DNA of 63,061 nucleotides, the filler included, from Octopus bimaculoides (taxonomy: Eukaryota), in NCBI RefSeq assembly GCF_001194135.2. It is 5 parts of 5 records of this genome, joined end to end, with 100 filler letters (N's around TTAATTAATTAA, not from the genome) between each part and the next. Parts side by side here need not be neighbours in the genome. Positions count along the whole stretch, not along the records: positions 30,770 to 46,692 come from NC_068982.1; positions 46,793 to 59,212 come from NC_068985.1; 3 more parts are not named here. One strand, written 5' to 3'. Both the position numbers and the translations under genes were made by a program. Shown one piece after another: positions 35,801-48,652 of the stretch. The notes under the pieces are model-generated. The model was not told where the DNA came from, did no database searches, and saw only the letters and a list, made by a program, of their open reading frames with translations. The number at the start of each line of letters is the position of its first letter. Positions within the stretch are counted from its first letter, which is position 1.

Positions 35801-36231
35801 TTGTATTTTACAAGTTTCTACCTAAGTAGTCCTATGCTATTTCATAACACATCGTTACTCCATCTCGTTTCTTCAGAATTGACAGAATATCTATATATTT
35901 TCTATGTATAATTGAAATATAATCAATAGAAAATAAAAAAAAAAAATTAAAAAAAAAAAAAAAAAGCGAAGACGATTTCAACTTCCGAAATTGAATTTGT
36001 TGCATTAAGATGTCTTGTTAATACAAACTACTTTGGTTTTAATAATTCTTCTCTATATCATCGCCTCGTCTTTCAAGTGGTCGCACTTTTCACTCGCACA
36101 CAATTCGTTATTTATTTATTTACCAAGTTGATAAAGCAGTTTTTCACTTGTAGAGTAATTTAATTCAAACCTCTTGAAAAAGTAAGTGATTAAAAAAAAC
36201 AAAAAAAAAAAAAACAGAAAAAAAAAAAATA

Positions 36232-36461
36232 GCGACGGGTGGGCCAAAAGTCACGCACAGAATAAGTTCAATACGCTCCGAAATTGTCAAAGACATGCTT
36301 CAGTTTTTCGAAAATTGAATAAAATAGATAACATAATAACGAATACACACATACCTTCACACGATGAACAAAATGAATAATAATAATAATAATAATAACA
36401 ATAATCACATAATATAAATAAAATGTCAAATGTTTTGGTGCGTGACTTTTGGTCCACCCTG
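36232..36461. mobile_element. Tc1/mariner-like MITE
   Basis: GGGTGGGCCAAAAGTCACGCAC ... GTGCGTGACTTTTGGTCCACCCTGTA. Confidence 0.8.
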
Positions 36462-37103
36462 TATAAAGCAACTGTATTTAAAAAAAGCAAAAAAACAAAA
36501 AAAAAACACGTATATTACTTTATTTAGATAAGCTTATATTTTATCCATTTCGAAGAATCGAATCGCACAGAATTAAAATATTCTTAAAGGCTGCCAACTG
36601 GGCACAAAGAAGTTTATTGTAAATATGAAAGGAAAATGCACCGACTTTTTTCTTCTTTACTTTGTCCTTTTTTTGTTTCTTTTTTTTTTGTTTTTGGTGA
36701 ATGCATGCTTTTGTTGAATTCCTTCTCTCTCTCTTTCTTTCTTTCGTGTTAAAAGCTTCTGCACAATTTGTGAATTATCTAGTTTGTTACTTGCCAATAA
36801 TAGCAGTAGTCACGTCAAAATTCTCACCAGCAACGAAAAGAAATGAAGTACTTAAAAAGAAATATGGCATAACAAATAAATAAACAAAATAAAAATTTGA
36901 AAAACCTGCTGGTAAAATTGTCTATTTGCATACTTCTGTATATAATATACATACCGTGCACACACGTACCCTTATATATATATATATGACTGAAACAAGT
37001 AAAAAAATATATACACACACACACACATATACATACATACACGTGTGTGTGTATATTCATCTATAATTATACTTTAGTTGGTATTTGTATATTTGTGTGT
37101 GTG

Positions 37104-37147
<44 letters not shown>

Positions 37148-37866
37148 CCATATAGTAACAGAAGAAGATAGGTTATCAGTGAGTTGTAGATATAAAATGT
37201 AAAAATAACAACAAAACAACCTTATATAAAAATGGCCTATTCGTTTATCAACTTATTTTATTTACTTGTACATATTTATTTATCCTGAAGTCCATAATAT
37301 GAGAAATAACACATTTAATGCTGTACTGTACTGTAGTAGTTCTTCTCTTTATTTATCAATTTATTTAAGTTTCATTTTATTGTGTTTTATTTGCTTGTTT
37401 TCGAGCCTCACACACTCCTCGGGTGCCAGTTGTTGTTTGCATTCGTCAAGCTTCATACATACATACACGGTGGGTTTGTCATCACAAGACAAGTGTAGAG
37501 GTCGAAACGTAATCAACAGAACGGAGAGGAAATAAAATAGTTGTATCACAAGCTCGAAAAGGGAAAACATGTAATTAAATAGAGATCTAATCTGTTTTAT
37601 TTTATTTTCTTTCTGTCTTTATTTCATTATACATTTTATCAGGGATTCGCGCACCGGCTTCTATTAACATACTTTTCTCCCCCCCCTCTCTCTCTCTCTT
37701 TCTCTCCCTCTTTTCTTCTTTTCTTGCAGTGCTAGTTCGTGGTATTGTTGTTTATTGTTTTTCGTGACAATAAGAACTGTTCTCTCATTTTCTCACCGTT
37801 TATAAAATCCATTATGTGTATTTGACAGCTAAAGTCCTGAACAAAAAAGGAAAGCAAGCTCTGTAT

Positions 37867-37920
<54 letters not shown>

Positions 37921-39613
37921 ATATATTGTTACACAGAACGTAGAAGCATGCTGTAAGCAAGACCTTTTTTCTGAAACATGCTGAAAAACTATCATGTTGT
38001 CTCATATTTGAAAGAAAGAGAAAAATAATAATCAAAACAAATACCTAAGAAAGAAAAATAAAACTGAATTTCTTAAAGACAAACAAAATAACCGTTTGTA
38101 GACTGGAGACAACTAGTGTTGTTATTTAAACAGACCGCTGGTAGAAGAGTGTCTGTCATTAGCACAAAGTGGCAGTTGAAGGCATATTTCTGAATACATA
38201 AATGAATTGGTTCCTCACCTTATGATCACACCGCATTGCTGTGTGCTTTTAAAAATAAGAGATCGAGAAAAGAAAACAGTTAACGTAGAGAACTAAGAAC
38301 CCAGTAAGATATTTGTGATATTTGTTCATAAATAGCTTATTTCGCGAGGTTTCTTGTCATACATACATGCATACATATAGGTACATACGTTCGCGTTGAT
38401 AGATATAATAGATACACACATACGCATGTATGGATTTCAAAAATTATTTGTAAATATCGAGAATACTTTTCGTAATTAGCAAGTGTTTTACGTGGAAACC
38501 TGCAATGATATATCGCCTGTGTATGTATGTATGCATGTATGTATTGATAACGTAGTGTAGTAACAAACACGTGTACAAATGGTTTTAATATTGTTTGGAA
38601 CATAGCACGAAGCAATTTAGAACTTAATTCTTCATTGGATTACGCAATTAAAAATGTAAAAAAAAAAGAAATTCATTAAATCATATAATTTACCTACAAA
38701 AACAAAACAATTTTAGAATATATATATATTTTTTATTTGAAATTATTAAAGATAAAAACAAATAAAAATCGTATTTTTGAAGTGTTTCCTCATTCTACTT
38801 AATTTCTAAGAAAACATTTTGAAGCGATGTTTTCCGAATATTTAGTCTGTATGGAATCTTTGACAATTTTAATTTTCTACAAATCCATGTTACACCTGTT
38901 CACTCCCTCTTCTAGTATAGAACCTCCTTTCCGTTTTCTATACTTTGAACCACCTTATGAATGAAACTGGACCAAATGAGGCGATCTCATTAATATAAGT
39001 GCTAATTACTATATACATATATTTATACATATGTGTGTGCGCGCTCTTTTACAGTTGGCAATGATAGCGATAAGAAACAAATAGAAGAAACCTATATTTA
39101 ATCAATTTTGTTTACAAGTTGGTGCAAAAGCATTGCAATTTATTTTGTTTTAAAGTGGACCTCTAATTTTTCGCCAAATATTTCACACACACACACACAC
39201 ACACAATCCCTCACGGATGTGTGTGTGTGCAATGGTGTTAGAATTTCGTGGAATATGTAATATTTTTAGTCGTATTGATTGATCTGCGCCGCCAGCCGGT
39301 GAGATGGAAGCAAAGAAGGCATCAGAATGAGGAGAGAGTACAATGGGTGTTGATATTGATTGTCAAACTTGTTCACACAGATACACACGCACCGACCGCT
39401 GACACGCTGTAGGAGGCGGGGCTTCAATTCCCTCCTCTTTGTTCCTCTTTGCTCTTTCTATCCTGTTATTTTATGCCATGTGGCACGGTTAGCATATTTT
39501 AAACATTTATTATTTTATATAATTAGTCGCCCTTTTTTTTTTTTTAATGTATACATTTTTTTCTATTCCACCTCACCTTTCTTACTGTACAAATCGCTTC
39601 ACGTATCTGTATG

Positions 39614-39706
<93 letters not shown>

Positions 39707-41938
39707 CATAGTGTTAAATTTTATTTTGGGGTTTCATTAGATTAAAGAGAGAAAAGAAAGAAACAATAAAGAGAAGAATTCCTGTTACGTGTTTGATATT
39801 TATATGCACTATTAAAAATGAAAAGGTTTCAGTTATTGTCGATGTGTGGCTGTGTTTGTACTTGGAGATTGTTATGTTAACAACTGATATCAGTCAGCTA
39901 TCCTGTTTTATCGATGATTGGCAAGGATGCTACAAAAGCGAAATATTCTTACTATTGAGTCCGTTAAACAATATTTCAATATCATACAGAGAGAGAGAAA
40001 GAGAGAAAGAAAGAGAGAGAGAGAAAGAAAGAGAGAGAGGTGGAAGTGCAGGAGGAGTAGGAGGAGTAGTGCGCTTTACGTATGTTCGTGCGTGTAAATT
40101 ATAGTTACTTACAACGTGTGAAATGTCATAGTTGTTGCTGCCGTTATTGAGTCAATCAACTTCTGCTGATTTTATTTACACTATCTGCTTGTTTAGTGGG
40201 CATAAACTGAAACAGTACAACTATCTGGTGTTTATCGGACACACATAAAAATATGAACACTGTCTTTGTAGTTGAATTGTTTATCGGGCAGCAGAAATAA
40301 AAAAGAAAAATATTGGCATTAGGTTGTAAGCTATATATAAATAAGCATTCCAAAATGTGCTTTCTTATTAAGATAGTATATACAAATTATACACTTATAT
40401 TATTTGTATACTTCGAAGAAATCTGTAGTCTTCATACAGACAAAAAGCTATATTGCGTATGTGTTTGTGTGGTTGTTATTTTTGTTTTTCAATTTAGCGA
40501 TTTAGGCTGCTTGTATTTATTATTTTGTTCTAAAAGATTTATGAAATATTTGATGGCAATTTCGAAAACTTTGTGAACTAGTAAAATGTTTGTTTTATTA
40601 ATTTGCTGCTTGTTGTGTGTGGAATAAAGTACAGTTACAGCGTAGATAGATGATGCTTGTGGTTTTGGAATGCTTTCTGAAAACCTAGAAGTTATTCGTT
40701 TGACATTCTACACGAAATACTAGATTACTTGGTCTGAGAGGAACCGTCTGAGGTAAATGACACTTATTAGTAGAGTACAGGCAATCGTTTGCAACAAAGA
40801 AGAAGAAAACTATTTTTCTTCTCGAAGAAATTTAACTTAGAAACACGCACAAAATCAAATATGAATAAAATGAATGAAATTGTTTACAGGGCGTTATTAA
40901 GTTAGAAATCATTATTTATTCTTCCTTTAATTTTATTCCTATTTTCTTCGACTCTTATCATTTCATATAATTGTTTATAATTCTCTCACTTGTGAAAACT
41001 TCACTGAATCTTGACTCTTCTCTGCCAATATTTCCTTCGTAATTCAAGATACAATTTGATAACATTCGACGGAGAAGCAACGAACACACACACACACACG
41101 ATTAGTGAAAACTGCTATCGCTTTTATTTTTTAATATTACACTTTCACGCATGCATTGAAAGAGAGATAGAGAGACAGAGATATATACATGGAAGGTTTG
41201 TTACTCTATTCCTTTTTATGTTGTGTCTCATTGTGTCAATTAGGCAGATGTTAACGCAGGAAAATATGCAACCAGCTGGTCAGTGCTTTATGTCACAACG
41301 GGGAATCTGTCGTACATGTAAGCTGTCTTAAGCTACATTTCATCGGGCTCGGTTGGTAGTGGTGGTGGTGGAGGGTGATGCCCCCCCCTACTTTTCTTTA
41401 TATCTTCCAAACGAATGAAAGATTATCTTTTTTTTTTTCTCAGGTAATAAAATACCAATGATTCCTTTCTAGAGATTAAAATAATAATAATACTAATAAT
41501 AAAAACGGACACAACAATGGTTTGTTTCAAATGTAAACTTCTTTAGTACTTATTCCGTATGTATTAAACAAGTTCTGTTTTTTTTAATTGCATATTTATA
41601 GCTTTTAATTTTTTTCTTTCAAATATCGTAAGAGATAAGAAAGAAAAAGAAAAAGATTGAAGCTTTTGTAAATATGAGAACCATTTTTATATTGGAAAAT
41701 GAAAGAGGAATCTTAATTTTATTTTACTAAAGCCTAGAAAAAATTCCAGTTAAAAATTGCTTATTTTGAATTTATTTATTTTTTCATTTATTGGAAAAGA
41801 AGTATTTTAGGAATATGGTAAATGACTAAGCAAAAAAGGAGAAAAGAGAAAGAAAAACAAACAAACAACAAAAGTGTAATTTCAATAATTGAATGATATT
41901 TCATTAAAACAGATTTTTACGGTTTGCAAAATATAAAA

Positions 41939-42318
41939 TACTAGCTGTTGGACCTGGCGTTGCTTGTGTTTTCCGTGTTGAAGTTAAGCCCACCTCTGAC
42001 CTTATATTGAAATCTTCTATGTTCCCCGTGCCAACTATTCCCCATTAAGTAGTTATATCTGGTTCGAAAAAATGCAAAAGATGCAGGAAAATTAACATCG
42101 TTATGGGAATTTCCATTCAAACGCACGATTGAACTTGTGAAAATCAATGCCAACTGAGCATTATTGAGTTTTTGAAAAATTCTGGCCTTATTTGAACTTC
42201 AGGGCATGTGATCTACCTATGTGCCGAAAATCATTAAAATTGGTTGGATGAAGTGGGAGGAGTTAGAATAACCCCAAACACACAGACAGACACCATTATA
42301 CATTTATGTATATAGATT
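41939..42318 (+). mobile_element. Non-autonomous Helitron/Helentron-like element (Lep1/DINE-like)
   Basis: 5' TACTAGCTGTTGGACCTGGCGTTGC; 3' aaaatcattaaaattggttgg...acacacagacagac...tatatagatt. Confidence 0.65.
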
Positions 42319-42344
42319 ATTTTAGCAGATATTTGATAAAATAA

Positions 42345-42805
42345 TAATCTTTTCTACTATAGGCTCAAGGCCTGAAATTATTATTGGGGGTGGGGGTGGG
42401 CGGGAATGTCAGTTACATTGACCCCCGTGTTCAACTGGTACCTTTTTTTTTTTTTTTTATCAATCTGAAAGGATGAAAGACAAAATCAGCCTTTGAGGGA
42501 TTTGAACTCACAACGTAAAAGACAGAGGTAAATGCTGCTCATCATTCTGCGAGCTCCCTGCCTTACCAAATAATTATTTCTACTCTAGGCACAATTTCTG
42601 GAAAAATTTGGTGGGGAGGGGGCTAGTTGATTTATATTGACTCCAGTGCATAACTGGTACTTATTTCATCAACCTCAAAAGGATCAAAGATGAAGTCGAC
42701 CTCGGTGAAATTTGAACTCAGAATGTAGTGGCAGATGAAATTACTACTAAGCATTTCGCCCGGCATGCTAACAATTCTGCCAGCTTACTGCCTTTGCCTT
42801 ACCGA
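42345..42805 (-). mobile_element. Two head-to-tail tRNA SINE copies
   Basis: Two reverse-complement bodies separated by ttaccaaataattattt. Confidence 0.85.
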
Positions 42806-42839
42806 ATAATAAAATCTGTACAGTTCTATATTTGCCACA

Positions 42840-43160
42840 AGCATATAGCGTAGTGGTTAAGAGCATGGGCTACTAACCCCAAGATTCTGAGTTCAATTCC
42901 AGGCAGTGACCTGAATAATAATAATAATAATAATTAATTCGTTTTATTGGCCACAAGGGCTAATATCAATCAAAAACATGTAAGGACATAATAATAATAA
43001 TAATAATAATAATAATATCATTGAAGAATACCTTAGGAATGAGAACCCAGGTTCGAAATTTCTCCAAGACACCTGATGAAGGCTGGAAGGTATATCATCT
43101 GAAACGTGTTAACAACAAACAAGATGAGGACAAATATCTGTCAAATGTAAATAATGTAAA
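42840..43160 (+). mobile_element. tRNA-headed SINE-like element with (AAT)n linker and hammerhead-containing 3' tail
   Basis: A box TAGCGTAGTGG, B box GAGTTCAATTCC, (AAT)n, then ...AAGACACCTGATGAAGGCTGG...GAAACGTGTT. Confidence 0.8.
43068..43110 (+). ncRNA. Hammerhead ribozyme motif (decayed)
   Basis: GACAC-CUGAUGA-A-GGCUGG-AAGGUAUA-UCAUCU-GAAAC-GUGUU; 3 nt shorter than the other copies. Confidence 0.5.
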
Positions 43161-43943
43161 TAAAATCTGTGTATTTAATTGCTAAGTTTCAGATTTCCTT
43201 GTTTTGGATTCACCAAGGATGGTATTTATTGCTACAACCTTTTCTTTTTCTTTTTATGCGAGAGGGGACATTGGTTTTGTGGCATGACATTGATAAGTGA
43301 TGATTCCTTTTAAACTAATCATGACCTTAGTCTTTCAGACTTGATATCAAAGAAGATCCTTAACCGATTATTTATCGAATGATGACTAGGTCAAGTCTAA
43401 AATTTCTCTCATTTTTTTTTAAAGAAGTCCATTTGTTGGCTATTATTCTTTCATCATAAATTTGCTACTTTAGAACTGACTAGAGTGACCCACTAATCAT
43501 AGTTTAAATAGTCTTTTGTGATTTCCTTTCTTTCATTCTCTCCAATCAGAAATAATTCTTGAGATTTTTAATGGCTAACCTTGACTTAATATATATATAT
43601 ATATATGTGTGTGTATGTATGTATAACCTATTGAAATATTGTTTGTCAGGATTTTTACTCAGATTAATATCTTTATTACCAGTTTAGACAGAAACACATA
43701 AAGATTTTTCATTTTTCCTTCTCTATTGATCTTTTATATTTTAATCAATGAAATCAGTCCTTTTGCAATCAAATAAAATCCTTTTCACTTGGGGCTTATG
43801 GCTTGTTAAATTCAATTTTCAGTGTAAGCATCATATAAACAGCGCAGCGAACAAAAGATTGCTTGAACCATTGTTAGTAAGTTTATCACTCAATCAATAA
43901 ATATTTGAAATAGTTTTCTTGCTTGACTAACTATATATATTTA

Positions 43944-43978
<35 letters not shown>

Positions 43979-44098
43979 GTAACAACCAATACATAAAATT
44001 ATATCTAAATATAAATTTCCATTTTGGGCATGTTAACGAGGAAGTGAACAATTTCAATTATTTAGAGACAAGATTAAGTATTTTCTTTCATGTTTTAA

Positions 44099-44362
44099 CC
44101 CTTTTCTGACCATAATTCCAATAGAATACAACTACCCTTGTGTTCCAATTATTTAACAAAAAAAAAAAAAAAAAAAAAAGGAAGGAAGAAAATCAGGTAT
44201 TTGAATGGATTTAATATAACAACTAGGTGTTTGGAACATAACCAAATGTTCTAACATAAAATTTGTGGAAGATTTTAATATAAAATATACTCTAAATTAA
44301 TTTTTCTTTTGTATTTATTTCAGTGAATCAGAGGGTTTTAAGCAGGTAAATGTCAGAAGGGG
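44099..44362. mobile_element. piggyBac-type MITE
   Basis: TTAA|CCCTTTTCTGAC...GTCAGAAGGGG|TTAA. Confidence 0.8.
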
Positions 44363-45196
44363 TTAAATATTTCATTAAGTGTTCTACAATTTATATAATG
44401 AATAAAATATAGTTTGGTTTTAAATATTATCCATAATGAACACACATTTTAATGAGAATAGCTTCGTTTTCATAGCAATCACTAATGCAAAAGTCCCATG
44501 ATATTCAAAGGCAAGGCTTAATCATCTTATCAATTGCCTAAAGCAGTTTTAATGTCTTTTCATAGCTAACAGCCACCATAATAACTAAAGCCATGATAGA
44601 TAGGTGAACAGAAATTGAAGTCACAATGGAGGGTGGAGGAAGGTCGTAGTTTTGCTTAGGAAAAAAAAAAAAAAAAGGAAAAATGTCATCCTTCATTTAA
44701 ATACTATAAATAATAGCTAAAGTAATTAAACAAATAATGTTTTAAGTCCACTTATTAACTTACAATACATGACTCGTTACACCCTGACAAACAACACAAT
44801 TTGAATAATGGCATTATACATGCATGAAAAAAGAAAAAAATCACATTTTATTCAATATCTTGAATAAAACAAAAGACAAAGTGGTTGTTAAATCAATCAA
44901 TAACATGTCATTACATGGATATTTTGTGTTTTTAGTATTGATAATGAAGATAAATATTCAGACTGGCACCAAAAGGGAAAGCTGTGACAGTCTTGGGATT
45001 CTCCTGTCAGGCTGTGTGTGGAGGCAGTGTCGTAGCTGTTTACCAGTGGTTCTCTATCAGGCTCCGTCCATGTGACCTTTGGAGGTTCATGGAAGGTTTT
45101 ATTGTTTATGCTTATGTGCAATAAATTGATTATATTTTTACAATACACAAAATATTTTAATTTTTTTAAGACAATTCCTAATAATATTTAATAATG

Positions 45197-45780
45197 TAGG
45201 CGTAGGAGTGGCTGTGTGGTAAGTAACTTGCTTACGAACCACATGGTTCCAAGTTCAGTCCCACTGCATGGCATCTTGGACAAGTGTCTTCTACTATAGC
45301 CTCGGGCTGACCAAAGCCTTGTGAGTAGATTTGGTAGACAGAAACTGAAAGAAGCCCACCGTATTAGTCGCCATGATAGATCGCTGACCACAACATTCAA
45401 ATTTTTTTTCTCCTTGTTTTTCTCCTTATTCTTTCTGTTGAAGAGTGTAGCTTGAAATGTTAAAGACTTTCTCTATTCCTGAGCGTTAAACTAATACATC
45501 CTTTTGTTGTTTATACCACCTGTCCTCGTCTGTTGTTGTTTTTTTCGTAAATTCCCCCATATATATATATATATGTATATTTGTGTGTCTGTGTTTGTCC
45601 CCAACATCGCTTGACAATCGATGCTGGTGTGTTTATGTCTCCGTAACTTATTGGTTCACCAAATGAGACCGATAGAATAAGTACTAGGCTTACAAAGAAT
45701 AAGTCCTGGGGTTGACTTGCTCGACTAAAGGCGGTGCTCCAGCAAGGCCACAGTCAAATGACTGAAACAAGTAAAAGAGT
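45197..45780 (+). mobile_element. tRNA SINE 5' part (45197-45365) and SINE 3' part (45580-45780)
   Basis: TGGCTGTGTGG A box, AAGTTCAGTCC B box; tail ggtgctccagcaaggccacagtc. Confidence 0.75.
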
Positions 45781-46213
45781 AATAGAAATATAATTTTTTT
45801 AAACATTGAATGGCTACGAGGGTCCACTTGATAAATTAGGGGTTCATTGGCAAAAAAAAGGGTTGAGAAACACTGTTGTGTATAGCATTGACATAGTTTT
45901 CTTTGAGGTCAGTTGCTGGCAGCATCCTACTTGATAATGGTGCTCATTGTCAATTTTTTCCCACTGTAACTGTTCAGTGATGCGTGCAACTGAGAGATGG
46001 TTGTGATCAACAAGGCTGAAGAATTATTTTTTTAATTCCACCCTTCATAAATTGCTGGTATAAATATTATTGGTCATAATGGTGTCTTGTACAACCAGCC
46101 AATCAGTTGGGAAGGGAAGCAAACACAGGTGGCAAAGCGTGACCCTATCAAAGTCATCAGGGAATCATTATGTATGTCAACTGGAGGCTGAATCATTTGG
46201 AAGGGAGCTACTT

Positions 46214-46294
<81 letters not shown>

Positions 46295-47008
46295 CACACA
46301 CATACACACACACACTATCAGCACATGTGTAAGTTCTTGGCTTCAGGGTGGATTTTGTGGAGACATAGTTTTGAGGTAGCTCATACTGTCATTAACATTT
46401 ATCTAAATCTAATGTATCAACCATGTTGCAAAACAAATGTAACAATTGATGCGGCTTTCCAGCTCCAGCTCTTGTCAAACCATTCAACCCATGCCAGCAT
46501 GGAAAACAGACATTAACCCTTGTGTTACCATATTTCTGTTGAGATGTTCTGTGTTTCTTTCAATTATTTTAAATATAACAAAGAATTTAGTAAAATAACT
46601 TAGTTATCATTCAACTAGTGTTAGGAACATTAATTGTGACTAAGGTTTGGTGAAAGATTTTAATTCAGAACTTTTGAAAACAAGACATTTGANNNNNNNN
46701 NNNNNNNNNNNNNNNNNNNNNNNNNNNNNNNNNNNNTTAATTAATTAANNNNNNNNNNNNNNNNNNNNNNNNNNNNNNNNNNNNNNNNNNNNAGAAGAAG
46801 AAGAAAGAAAAAAAGAAAGAAAGAAAGAAAGAAATGTAAGAAAGAAAGAAATGGAATAACAGACTTATAGAAGGAATCGATGTATAGTTTACAATAGCAC
46901 CGACTTTTGACACTTGTATATCTGATGAACGGAATGTATATAAATACCACACGCACACGTACGTTCACACACATACACACACACACACACACAAACACAC
47001 ACACCCAA

Positions 47009-47041
<33 letters not shown>

Positions 47042-48259
47042 AACACACACACACATATACATACATATATATACGTACAAACATATATACATACAAATAT
47101 ATATTTGTGTGTGTGTGTGTATATATATATGTATGTTCATATATATACACACACATACACATATATATGTACATATATATATATATACGGAATACACTTG
47201 GTATCTAGTAATCCAATATCAGCAGAACAGCAATAAAATGCCAAGTGTACAATAATAATAATAATAATATTATCATAACAATAGCAATAAATATTTTATT
47301 AGCTTGAAAAGATTATCAAAAATCGAACATGGTGTAAAGATGATAAGTTTAGTGTGTTGGCACTCCATTATTGTGGAGGCGCCATTGCGCCTCCACAATA
47401 AGTTTAGTATTATATAAAAATACTGCTGACAAATATGGAACAACAAGAACAAAAATAAAAGCAATATTTAAAACAAAGAAAGATTTACACAAAAGATGAC
47501 AGAGATTTCGGAGATATGCACGTGGAAATATCACAAAGAACTTCGGTCACCCCAGCTACTAAAACATAGCGCCCTCAACAAGCTGTCCAGCTCTAATCTA
47601 CAAGCGCATGCTCAGAGCAGTGTATGCGCTCCACTTTCACCTTTTATTAAATTTACTGGGAGGCACTTCCTTTTCCACACTCATTTTCCTTTCTCAAGTA
47701 AGATTTTAAAAAAACATTGGTGATGGTTTGGCCAAAAAAAGCTGGTTGTCTTAAGCCTTTTCAATTTTGTCCATCACAACATCATTCGCCAAGACCACTA
47801 GACGTATGAAAGCTGCTTTCCCTACAAGGCCAAAGAAGACAACGGGACAATCTTCATAATAGACTTGGCTGATAGCCCTATCTGTCTTACATACGATGGC
47901 AGTTATTTCACGTTAATTCCACAAGCAGGCTGTTCTGTTGTTCGGATCAACTGAAACCTTCGTCGTCGTAACCGACGGAGTGCGGGTTAACCTTGCATCT
48001 ACTCTGTGTGTCGAGACACCCCACGGTTCTACCTACCTACTCTCGGGTGAGCACCTATCACTTATACTGTGTCAGAGTACCCTAAGCACGGGTGGGAACC
48101 TACCAATTAAGTTATGTATCAGAACAGCTTACTATTCTACCCACATGTCACTCGCCATATTGGAATCCCCTGGTGTGTCCAAACACACCCCTAAGCATTT
48201 TTAGTATTTTACTTGCTAAGTATCAGTGCCACGTCTTCTGGACATGTGATTTTCAAGTT

Positions 48260-48545
48260 CACGTGATCACGTGACCACGTGACCGATCGGGTTATCAGAT
48301 GCTGTTACACATCGCTGGTCACAGTGCGTTTTTTTGCATTGTTTTAGCTTTCAAATGACACCACCCCGCTGGCTAGGCGAGCACGCCAACATCCCCCACT
48401 CCCCTGGTTGAAAGGAGGACTGAAGCAACGTGAAATGAAGAGTGCTTTTCTCAAGAAACACAACGCGCCGCCCAATCAGAAAATCGAACCCACGTTCTAG
48501 CGACCATGAGTGCAACAGCCTAACCACTAGGCCACGCACCTTCAA
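48260..48545 (-). mobile_element. tRNA SINE ending in (CACGTGA[T/C])x3
   Basis: Reverse complement has TAGTGGTTAGG and GGGTTCGATT boxes. Confidence 0.8.
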
Positions 48546-48652
48546 GTGAATTTTCAAGTTATGATATATTAATGACAGGGCCACCTTAACAGTATAACAA
48601 ACCTCTGCCCAAATTATTGCACTCGGTTCTTTCTATTGTATCTATTTATTAA

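Larger units (their letters stand above)
41248..44941 (+). other. Candidate spliced transcript with 52-aa sORF: 41248-41317, 43193-43221, 43823-43876, 44936-44941
   Basis: Four good AG acceptors and three GT donors (gtaagc, gtattt, gtaagt); frame stays open; no recognised homolog. Confidence 0.3.

Noticed and set aside
37361-37570. Signal-peptide-like ORF on - as EMC10 first exon
   Set aside because: No EMC10 similarity after the hydrophobic stretch and no convincing donor
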